DNA of 64,000 nucleotides from Octopus vulgaris (Eukaryota), in assembly GCA_951406725.2 (NCBI GenBank), contig OX597833.1, positions 61,070,001-61,134,000 on the forward strand, given 5' to 3'. Positions 34,989-47,300 of the stretch are shown one piece after another. Below the pieces are notes generated by a model. It searched no databases. It worked only from the letters and a program-made list of their open reading frames with translations, and had not been told where the DNA came from. Positions within the stretch are counted from its first letter, which is position 1. Every line of letters begins with the position of its first letter. A program made the translations under genes and the position numbers.

Positions 34989-37900
34989 ATGTCGTAAATA
35001 TTCTGAACACACTCCACACAACATAAAGGTAAAGTCATGTAACATTGTGGAGGCACGTGGCTTAGTGGTTAAGGTGTCAGCATCTTGATCATAAGATTGT
35101 GGTTTCGATTCCTGGACTGGGCGACGCGTTGTGTTCTTGAGCAAAACACTTCCTTTCAAGTTGCTCCAGTCCACTCAGCTGGCAAAAATGAGTAACGCTG
35201 CGACGGACTGGTGTCCTGTCCAGCTGGGGAACACATACGCCATGGAAACTGGGAAACCGGGCCCATGAGCCTAGCAAGGCTTTAAAAGGGTGCATTTATT
35301 TATTATTATATGTAACATCATTTGTGACAGTACATAATTTACAAGAATATAAGAGAGAACGTAGCCATCACTGAGTACAGTCCTTACAGGAATATAACTG
35401 ATAATATATCCAACATACAGTACATAATTTAGAGGACTATAATAGATAATGAAACCAACACGGTACAAGAATGTTACTGTTAACTGATGTACCAATTCCC
35501 ACACAGTACAGATGTAATTTCATACAAATGTCCAGATATATAAATATAGTCCATATTGATTACAAGTATAAACACATACAGATTTCCATAGACACAGAGA
35601 TACACAAATGTAGAGACATGCAGAAATATGAATATAAAGTCATAGATGAACACAGAGACACAAGCACATGGACTGTACAGACACACAAATATAGATACAA
35701 ACAGACTATATAGACATACTGATGCATGCTTTATGTAGACAAACATATGCACATACACAATTACAGAGACATATAGATATATAAGCTACATGAGCTGTGG
35801 AGGCACATGGCCTAGTGGTTAGAGCAGCGGACTTGTGGTCGAGAGATCGCGGGTTCGAGTTTCAGACCGGTCGATGTATGTGCTTATGAGGGAAACACCT
35901 AAGCTCCACGCAGCTCCGGCAGAAGGTAATGGTGAAACTTCTGCTGACTCTTTCGCCACAACTTCCTCTCACTCTTTCCTCCTGCATCTTGCAGCTCACC
36001 TGCGACGGACCGGTGTCCCGTCCAGGTGGGGAACCTATATGCCGAGAAACTGAGAAACCGGCCCTTATGAGCCAGGCATGGCTCGAGAAGTAACAACCAA
36101 GCTACATGAGCTATACAGTTGTACAAATGTATAGACACACAGATACACACACACATTTATAGACAAACATAGAGACATACACACATATCTCTGCTAATAA
36201 CCAGTGATTAGTGGAGTTTCAGATTTGAGAAATTCATTTAGGATTTTCACATGAACTCTTAAGATACTCACCATCATTGGTTTTCTTTTCTTGATATCTG
36301 ACAGGAGTGCTATAAAAAAAACACAAAAGGGTTACAATAAAGACTATATATAATGAGGAAAACTATAGCAAAGATTATATATCAAGGGGAGAGCTATAGC
36401 AAAGACTAGCACTATGACCCAGCAACGCCAGGTCATAGTGCTAGTGCATGCATATACAGCTGCGTGCGTACGCACATCCACACAAGTACTGTCCAAATCT
36501 CTGAGCAATTACATATAGCTAGCTGGCATTCAATTGGCATATCAAGTTTCGGGCATTTTGATTGGGTTTTGGATAGAAAATTCACAAAAAAGTCATTTCT
36601 ATTGATTTTTTAATGGCTTTGCGGGGTGACGGGAAAAGTAAAGATCTGTACGACCACCCATAAATGTGAAACAAGGTGGAAAAAAGAGTACTCAAATACA
36701 AGAGGTAGAGTAATATGCTTTATTTAAAAGCAGCAGAAAATTCAACAAAACCTGTTACTCTGAGTTTCACGTTCCTGTTTGTCGGACAGTTTTGTTAAAA
36801 TATTTTAACAAAACTGTCCGTCGAACGGGAACGTGAAACTCTGAGTAACAGCTTTTGTTATATTTCTGCTGCTTTTAAATAAAGCATATATATATATATA
36901 TACACACGAGGGGGTGCTGAAAAGTTCCTGGTTTTGGGTAAAAGAAAATACAGGAGGATCAGTTAATTATGATTTTATTGAACATATTCCCCTCTCAGAT
37001 TCACATATTTATTGCAGTGGTCCTACAGTTTTTCTAGGCTCTGTAAAAGAACTCAGAAGGTTGGGCCTCCAACCAGACCTTTTACAATAACTTTAAAGCC
37101 AGGAACTTTTGAGCACCCCCTTGTATGCATGTGTGTGTGTGTGTGTACTGATTCTGTTCGTTTTATACAGCCTATAAAAAACAGAGCAGCTTAATATTCC
37201 ACATTCTAGGTCCAATGGCTGAGATATGAAGAAACAAAACTACTGACAACATTCTCCTGTGTTCAATCCTTACTACAGCTACCAATGACCTGATTACTAC
37301 TCTGTACTACATACCTCTATAGTACATATCCTCTAAAGTATGTACCCTTTAGAGAGCATACTCCCTGTATTATATAAACTAAACCTCTGTACTACAGATA
37401 AAGGAAGAGCAGTTTAGTGAAACATTCATTAAAGCAAATTTATTTAGAAATATTCCATGTGTCATGTACTTACCTAACACTCCAAAATATTTCTTCTCTT
37501 TCCTCTAAAACCGTTATATGTAACAAACACACGTCCTACAATGAAAGACACTCAAACATTGGATGATACTAGATCATTTACGTAGAACATAATATCAAAT
37601 AAATATGAAATAATCTCAATCACAATATTAAAATGATCTTTAATCCTTTCGTTACCAACCCCGGCTGAAACCGGCTCTAGCTCTAAGTACAAATATCTTG
37701 TTTTCATAAGTTCTGAATTAAAATCTTCCACCAATCCTTAGTCGCAATTTATGTTCCTAACACTAGCTTAATGATAACCAAGTTATTTTACTAAATTCTT
37801 TGTTATATTTAAAGTAATTCAAAGAAACATAGAGCATCTCAAAATAAATATGGTAACGAAAGGGTTAAAAAATGAAAGATTTTTCAACTTTTACATCTAC

Positions 37901-40547
37901 ATTATGCTTCAAATGGTTTGATCCCTGATCTTTATCAAGTGTTTTATTCCTGGATCTAAAGGTGATATCAAACTGAGTGACTCCAAGAACTTTTATTTCT
38001 AAATCTAATTCTGACAAACAAAAAAATCTTTCATCTCTAAAGATGAAAGCAATTGTCTGGCAGAAAATAATCATATAAACATCAATGTTGTATGGGCAGA
38101 ACATATCATGATATCCAGCCACAAAATATAATCTTGTGGGAAGAGAATCTGTATATGTCTTCATGTTTGTCCTGTGTAAGTTATTAGAATATTTAGGAAG
38201 TAGAGGAAAAAATTGACAAAGAATTCTAAAGTCATCAGTCACCATCAATCTTACCAATGATTGATTGAATTAAATCTATTTTTGCTGAGCCAGGCTTGAA
38301 TGATAAGACTTTCGCTATTTTCACCTATGTAAAATTGAACAGTCACAGAAAGGTGTTACGAGTAAATTACTTTGGTCTTTTCTTTCTGATCTGCAAAGTC
38401 AAGCAACAACCCCCGAGGAAAACCTTGTGCCCCTGTTAAGAAATTTCCAAACCAGAAAACCAAAATGGCTTCCTATTGCTTTACTGTAGGTATCTTTATC
38501 AGATGTCATCTTCATCATCATCATCATTTAACGTCCGCTTTCCATGCTAGCATGGGTTGGACGATTTGACTGAGGTCTGGCGAACCAGATGGCTGTAACA
38601 GACTCCAATCTGATCTGGCAGTGTTTCTACAGCTGGATGCCCTTCCTAAAGCCAACCACTCCGAGAGTGTAGTGGGTGCTTTTACATGCCATCGGCACAA
38701 GGGCCAGTTTGGTGGTACTGGCAATGGCCACACCCAAATGGTGCTTTTTACGTGCCACCTGCACAGGAGCCAAAAAAACACACAACTTGTCTGGACAAAC
38801 GGAATGTAAAGGAAAGGAAAAAAAATACTACAGAGTCTTTTGTTAAATGATCCGACACAATAAGGCAATACATTCTCATCGTCATCATCATCACTCAACA
38901 TCCGTGTCCCAAGCTGGCACAAGCTGGACAGTTTAACAAGGCTCCAACAAATCCATGGACTACATCATGCTCCAGTGCCTGGCATAGTTGCTACGATTGG
39001 CCCAATAAAGTTGTGCCTTGGACCGGGAAGGTATGGAGATCATTGATCGCTGATGTCTGTAGACATGGCACAAGAAAGGGAAGGGAGACAATTTGATGAA
39101 GACTGACCTACTGTTTCTCACAGGGTTACAAGAGTTGTCTCCCTTACAATCAAGATTTTTTTTTCTCCAGTTCAACTATCACATGACAATACAAACATCT
39201 CTAGGTCATAAAAATAAAAATTAAAGTTCAAATGTCTTAAATTATATTTGATATATTCCGTATTGATTTTAAAAGTTAGTAAAAAAAAAGTCACCATTGA
39301 AATTTAAGGACGGTTCTACTTTTGAACTTCAATTATAATAGCTCCGATGTAACTAAGCATAGAATAGAATTTTCTCTCACGGATAACTCAAACTAACCAA
39401 TGTAAGTCAACAGGGAAAACCTTTACAACACTGACCAGCTAGAAATAGCAGCCAAAGTTTATAATTTTATAACACTAACCCATAATATTTGGGAAGTTTC
39501 AAAGGAAATATCATTTCTGAATAAAATACATCCTACCCAGAGAATATACATTACAAGAAACTGCAGATAAATCTGATGAAAAAAAAGGGGAGAGCTCAGA
39601 TGCTTGAGAAGGGACAACTTAAGTTATAGAATGTCTTTTCTCTTGATAGGAACAGTGAGGAAAAAGGGACATTAACATAATGAAGGCAACTGTCTTTGTA
39701 AATATTTGGTATTTATCGACTGGTATGAGTGGTTTTATAAATGGATCTTTTCGGTTTGAACGGCAGTTTTTAACATAATTTCTAGGTAACTAAACACTTT
39801 TAAACTTTGTATATTGGTAGAATGTGTTTATAATACATTTTTTTTTCTCTTGGCTTTATTGAGAAAATTCTATAGTTTGTAAGATATTTGTTGTTTTTTT
39901 TTCTTCAATTTCTGCAATTTCAACCAATCAATGACGTCTATTGAGATGAAAACATTCTGTGCCGTTTGAATATGTCCCTTGTTTAAGAAACAGATTGGGT
40001 TTATTTACATTTGTGAAGAAAAAAAAGATACCCTTCCCCCCACCCCTAACCCTAACCCTAAAACAGATTGAAATGCAATAGATCGATTCTAGGGTCATAA
40101 TTATGGGTGACAATTTCATATGACACTGCTAGAAAAAACTGCTGTTCAAACCGAAAAAATCCTTATAAATTGATATGCTGATAATTATGTTGCAGGGTCG
40201 ACATAATTGAAACAGACTTTCATTATAAACCATGTTGCTTGTTACTTTCTTGCTTGTTACCCTAAATGTGTTTTGCATCACTGTGTTACGTGATCTGGGA
40301 CCGTGTGAAGATTTGTGCAAAGGTGCACAAACTGCCATCGTGGAAACTAAAGATGAAATTAAACAATGCAAGAGTGGCTGTGTGGGGTAAGTAGCTTGCT
40401 TACCAACCACATGGTTCCGGGTTCAGTCCCACTGCGTGGCATCTTGGGCAAGTGTCTTCTACTATAGCCTCGGTCTGACCAAAGTCTTGTGAGTGGATTT
40501 GGTAGACGGAAACTGAAAGAAGCCAGTCATATATATGTATGTATATG

Positions 40548-40588
<41 letters not shown>

Positions 40589-42700
40589 AACATCGCTTGA
40601 CAACCGACGCTGGTGCGTTTACGTCCCCGTAACTTAGCGGTTCAGCAAAAGAGACCGATAGAATAAGTACTAGGCTTCCAAAGAATAAGTCCTGGGGTCG
40701 ATTTGCTCGACTAAAGGCAGTGCTCCAGCATGGCCACAGTCAAACGATTGAAACATGTACAAGAGTAAAGAGTAATGTAAATCAACTATAATAGAGAGAT
40801 ATTAACAAAAGCTCTGTTAGGTACATATTTCAATATTAAAATGGATGAAATACAAAATAGTAAAAAAAAAAAATGATATATAATAGAGGGAGCATACCTG
40901 CACAACCCCTTTCAGAGAGTCTGTTTTCCAACTTAAATTAAGCTTTGATGATAATGGTGTGTAGTCATAACTGTTTTCTGGTTTGATAACGATGAAATGG
41001 GCATGACCTTCACCTGCAAGGTATAAAAACTTCTATTTAAGACAATAGCAGATAATTTCAGTTTAAAAGTTATACAGTAACTCTGTGGCAGGAATTGTTA
41101 AAACCAAATTCAGAAGAGGGATTAGCATTGTTCATTGAAAATATTAAACTGTGAGAATGTATTATGCAAATTGAAAACTGAAATTGATTAAAGAATTGGA
41201 GAGGTTTTCTAAACCAGCAAAGAGTTATGAATGGAACCATAACTGGAAATTATTTTGGCACTTCATTGTATGTGATAGAATATGTTTATGAGTTCACAGA
41301 TTTACATTTCGATTTTACTTCAGAGTATTTATCTATATATATGCGCAGGAGTGGCTGTGTGGTAAGTAGCTTGCTAACCAACCACATGGTTCCGGGTTCA
41401 GTCCCACTGCGTGGCATCTTGGGCAAGTGTCTTCTGCTATAGCCCCGGGCCGACCAATGCCTTGTGAGTGGATTTGGTAGATGGAAACTGAAAGAAGCCT
41501 GTTGTATATATGTATATATATATATATGTATGTGTGTGTATGTGTGTTTGTCTCCCTAGCATTGCTTGACAACCGATGCTGGTGTGTTTACGTTCCCATC
41601 ACTTAGCGGTTCGGCAAGAGAGACCAATAGAATAAGTACTAGGCTTACAAAGAATAAAGTCCTGGGGTCGATTTGCTCGATCGACTAAAGGTGGTGCTCC
41701 AGCATGGCCTCAGTCAAATGACCGAAACAAATAAAAGAAAAAGAAAGAAGAAAGTATAGAACTGCAAACATAAACATATATGAAGGTTGGCAACTGGAAG
41801 GGCATCCGGCTGTAAAAAAATCTGCTTCAATGAATTGCATCCGACCCATCCTAGCAGGGGAAAACTAGACATTAAAAAACGATGAAGTCAAAGATAATGA
41901 TAGATGTTATCATCGTGAGAAGAGGCGTCTTACTTATGTTGCCAAGCTGACACTGTAATCCGTTGAAATGTTGTAGGTAATATGAAGTCTGCATGCCAGA
42001 GAGTTCTAATGTCAGCTGATAGTGATGGAGACCTGCCAAGGAAAGAGAGAAAAAAATAGCAGTGAGACGGAGAAAGAGTGAGGATAGAGCAGAGATTGGA
42101 AGAGAATCAACGAATTTCAAAAGCCAGATGATTTTATTCATATTTTATTGGAAACAACCACAAGGGATTGCAGCAGGAAACTACGTGTGTGTGTGTTTAT
42201 ACATACATACATATATACACACATACATATACACACACACACATATATATATATACATTTTTCATTATTTTTTCTAAAAATCCCCTAGTAAACACGGTTA
42301 TAGAGTGAGCATACAGATGTAAACATTGGTAAAAACACACCTTTAGTGCATATAAGTAGTCTCTATCATTATATATAATTTAAACTTTAATTTCCTTTAT
42401 ATTTAACATTCACTATTAATATCCTTACTCTTTCTGTAAGCTACTTATGACGTTATATGATATAACGTTTTTTTAAACAATATTAATAGCGTTCAGTTAA
42501 TCGCTGTACAAATCCATCATTTTTTGCTGAAATGTCTTATTGACGAGTTTCGTTTTTTTTCACTTTCCTGAAGAGAAGATTGCATTGTTTATACCATTTA
42601 TTCTTTTGAATAGTATCAGTGGAATTTTCGAAACATGTGTCGAAAGTAAAAATATTTGATTTACACCTGCGTTAAACTCCATTTATTTATTTATTCATAC

Positions 42701-42744
<44 letters not shown>

Positions 42745-44310
42745 TCATCATCATTTAACGTCTGCTTTCCATGCTAGCATGGGTTGGACGATTTTGACTG
42801 AGGGCTGGCGAACCAGATGGCTGCACCAGGCTCCAATCTTGATTTGGCAGAGTTTCTACGGCTGGGAGACATCTACATTTGCACCTATTTCACTCTCTCT
42901 CCCAATAGTCCCAGCTAAATCAGTACCTGATACCTCACTGCCTCTCGTTAACCTCTCGTCTCTCTCTTCTATCTACAGTATTATGTTACTGGTATAACAA
43001 TAGACGGCATACTGCTCTAGCACTCTCTCATCCCACCCTACTCCGTTTCTACCATCATACCTTTATCCCTCCCATCCACCCATCCCAGCTCCTCTTCTGT
43101 CATCTCTCTCTCTCTCCTTTTCACCTTCTGTGTCTGCACCTTCAACAAACACGTCATAGAATAGCGTGGGTCTTTTCCTTTACAAGGGAGTACAAGACAA
43201 CCTCACTAATGCCGGTTCCACAATTAACATCCGCCCATCACATTCTGTAAAGTGATTGGTGTTAGGAAGGGCACCCAGATGTAGTCTATTCAGGAATCGA
43301 AGCCACAGTCTATTATGAACACCCTAACCACTTAGCCATGTGGCTCCACAATTTCGTTATTTGTAGTGATAAATACAGCTGAGAGTGTTTTAGTACTTAC
43401 CGAATGTTGGATCAATGTCATCTTCGAGCACATTGGGAAATGATGGAATGTATGGTCTGGGAAAAAGAGCAGAAATTCAGGAGAGTTAATTAAACAGGCT
43501 TCAGTGTCAGTCTCAGTCAAACAAGTCAGAATTGTAATTGGTAATAATAGGTTCAATAAATAATGGACTTTCCCCACCGTGTTTGAGAAATGAGACAGTC
43601 CAATTGTTCAGTCAACTGAACAACATACACATGTCTAGTCTTTGCTCAGGTGAATTTAATAAGACAGTGTGACAAGGTTGGGTCTGTGAATTACAGAAAC
43701 ATTTTGTCTTCTAATGGAAGTAGCAATGTATTCCGTAGACACTTATTCTTCAGGTAGAACCAGTGGTTCTCCACCAGGGTTCATATGGCTCTTGGGAGCC
43801 CATATCAAATTTTTCTGTTAAAATTTATCTGCAACAAAATGCTTACACTTCTGAAATATACAAAATATCTCAATTCTTTTTTTATGCAATTCCTAATAAT
43901 ATTTAATCATAGAAATATGATAAGGATTTTAAAAACGTCAAAAGGCTAGGAGGGTCCATTCATGTAAAACAGTAATCAAAGGGGTCCACAGTAAGACAAC
44001 GTGTGCAACAAAGCTTGGCCCATTAATTAAAGGTGTGGCCTACCTAGAAGGCTTACACAGTTTCTGTAGTATAATTCCACTCCCAGGGTCTGGATCAATC
44101 TAAGACGTCTATGGAAAAAGACATTTCCATAATGTGCTACACACCAAGGATTTTAATTCAACAGCTCAGTGAAAGGAAGACAGGGAGAGTCCTTGACCCT
44201 TTTGATGGTCTCCATGACAGGTGGGAAGAAGGGAGGAAGTTATCCTTAGTTCAAAGACCTGACTTGAATGCTTGCAACAGGATGAACTCTGCAAAACCCA
44301 TCAAAGGGTC

Positions 44311-44343
<33 letters not shown>

Positions 44344-47300
44344 GGGCTTACTTCAGTTTGTTTCTATAAAATCCACTCACAAGGCATTGGTTAGCCCAGG
44401 GCTATAGAAGAAGCCACTTGCCCAAAGTGCCACACATTGGGATTGAACCCAGAACCGTGTGGTTGGAAAGTAAGCTTCTTGATCACACAGCCATTTATGC
44501 TAACTAAATTTCCTCTGTGACTTGTGAACTGCAGGTTAAGATGTTGATGCAAGAGGAAGAGGAAAACTGGGCAGAGTGAGAAGAAAAATGGTTGACTTAC
44601 CGTGAACTGGTGCCAAGAAGACATCTTTGAACAAGTTTATGGAAGTGGAAGCAAGCAACAATGAAAGACAACTCTCCACCCTCCTGAAAGAGGATTAAAT
44701 GCTGTGTGAACGGACGACAAAGCTTACATAGTCATTGTTGAGAAACACAACAAACCAAATCAACAGGGTCCCGTTATACCAGCCAAACAAGTCCCATCAC
44801 ATTCAATTACAAAGTAGTCTTTAACCCTTTAGCATTAAAACTGGCCGTATCTGGTCTAAATATTCTACTAGTTTTATGTTAAAAGTGGCCAGATCTAACC
44901 TCTCACACCTATCCTACAATGTCATTCTAAAAATAAGCAATGTAGCTAAGAAAATCTCTTAGCTACAAGATAATGCACGATTTATTCAAAATAATGTGAA
45001 TGAATAAGCAAATAACATTAGTGAGAGTAATCTGAATGCTAAAAGATTAAACTTTTAGTATTTAAACTGGCCATATCCAGCCAAACCATTCTACTAGCTT
45101 CATGTTCAAACAGGCCAGAATCCAGCCTCTCACACCTACCCTATAATGTTATTTCAAAAATGAACAATCTTATCAGTGAAATCTTGAAGCTACAAGATAA
45201 TTTATGACCAATTCAAAACAATGTGAATAATTAATCGATAAATTTGACATAGCAATCTGAATGGCAATGGGTTAAATATCCACCTATTGTTGGTAAGTTC
45301 TTTGCTGTAAAACTAGGTTGAATTCCTGCTTAAGTGAACCCACAAGCAAAAGATCTTGTTGGGTCTTTACTGAGTTATATAGCATTAATTGTGTTAAGAG
45401 CATTAGAGATAAACTTTACACTTTAAAAATCATTGACTTGAGGCAGAAAAAAGCAACAGATTCCACTGTCAGAACATGAACCACAGATCTACACATTGCT
45501 GGATCACTTGTATGTATAGATAATTAGGTTACTGACAGGACTTGAACCATCTATCTATAGATTTCTGGGTCACTACTGAGAGGAGGATTTGAACTTGTGT
45601 CTATAAATAACTAGGTCAATGACAGGAGGACTTGAACCCTCTGCCTATAGATTGCTAGGTGACCACATTACCAACTTCACTGCAGAGCCACTGCCATCCC
45701 ATCTTTTCAAATATAAAATTATTTCTGCTATCTTAACTGCACTAATTAACCTCCACAAGATCCATTAACATTTAAGCAAGTAATTCTCATAAGAAATGTT
45801 AATGAGATAACTTTAAAATGATTAAAATGATGAAATGGCAAAAAATTATTAAACGAATAAAACTCTGCCACAAACTAATTTATGTAAAATCATTAATTTA
45901 TTTCTGCAAAGACTGACTAATTAATAGAAGACAGAAAGAAGTTAAATACAGGAAATAACAAAATGATAAAGGATTATGGTGAAATATAATGGAGTTATCA
46001 TGCACTGGAAAATAATCTAAATTCAGATTGAGGGAGACAAGAAGTTGGTTTTAATTTAACAGCTCAGTGAAAGGAAGACAGGGAGAGTCCTTGACCCTTT
46101 TGATGGTCTCCATGACAGGTGGGAAGAAGGGAGGAAGTTATCCTTAGTTCAAAGACCTGACTTGAATGCTTGCAACAGGATGAACTCTGCAAAACCCATC
46201 AAAGGGTCAGATAGCGACATTAACCCTTTCTTTACCAACCCGGCTGAAACCAATTCTGGCTCTATAGTACAAATGTCTTGTTTACATAAGTTCTGAATTA
46301 AAATCTTCCACCAAACCTTAGTCACAAATATATGTTCCTAACACTAGCTTTAATGATAACTAAGTTATTTTACTAAATTCTTTCTTGTATTTAAAATTAA
46401 TTGAAAGAAACACAGAGCATCTCAAAATAAATTCAGTAACAAAACGGTTAAACCACAACAGATTAGGTCTATCATCAACTCCTACAAACTTCCACCACTA
46501 GCTTCTACGAGCTCCTACCATCAACTGCTACTACTTTCTATCACCCACTTCCACTACTAATTGGTATTACCTTCTACCACTTCTGCCACCAAGGTGTACC
46601 TTCTTTCCACATAGCAAAGAGAAGACCAAACAGAGTTGTGAGATGCGAGGTTGCTACTTACTTTCCACGTGGCAAATAGAAGACCCTGTAGAGGGATGTG
46701 ATGTAGGGTTACTATGTTGTCACTTCCAATGATATTATCTACAGAAAGCTGTTTTGACCAATCAAAATTACGGGATATTTCCAACAACAGAGATTTCTGA
46801 TGAGGTCTGTCAAAAAAGGAAAAAACAGAAGAGTTATTTTTAATTTCAGCATTTAAAACACAGACAACAACAACAACAACAACAACACAAACACACACAT
46901 ACACATTCATTCACCGTTTCATCATTTAATGTCTGTCATGGGTTGGATGGTTTGATAGGAACCGACAAGCCAAACAGCTGTGCTAAGCACCAGTCATCTG
47001 TTTGGCATGGTTCTACAGCTGGATGCCCTTCCTAATGCCAACCACTCTACAGAGTGTACTGGGTACTTTTATGTGATGGCAGCACAGGTGCTTTTTATGT
47101 GATGCTGGCACTTAGAAAGTGAGATATATATACACAGACAGACAGAACGGATTTTATATAATATATATATATATAAATTATATAATATAATATCATGCTT
47201 ATGAGGTGTTTGGTGGGCAATTTGAACTGGCCTTGTACATACGTGCATATATATGTATGTATGGACGTTCGTATATGTAAGTATAACGTTTGTTCTGTAT

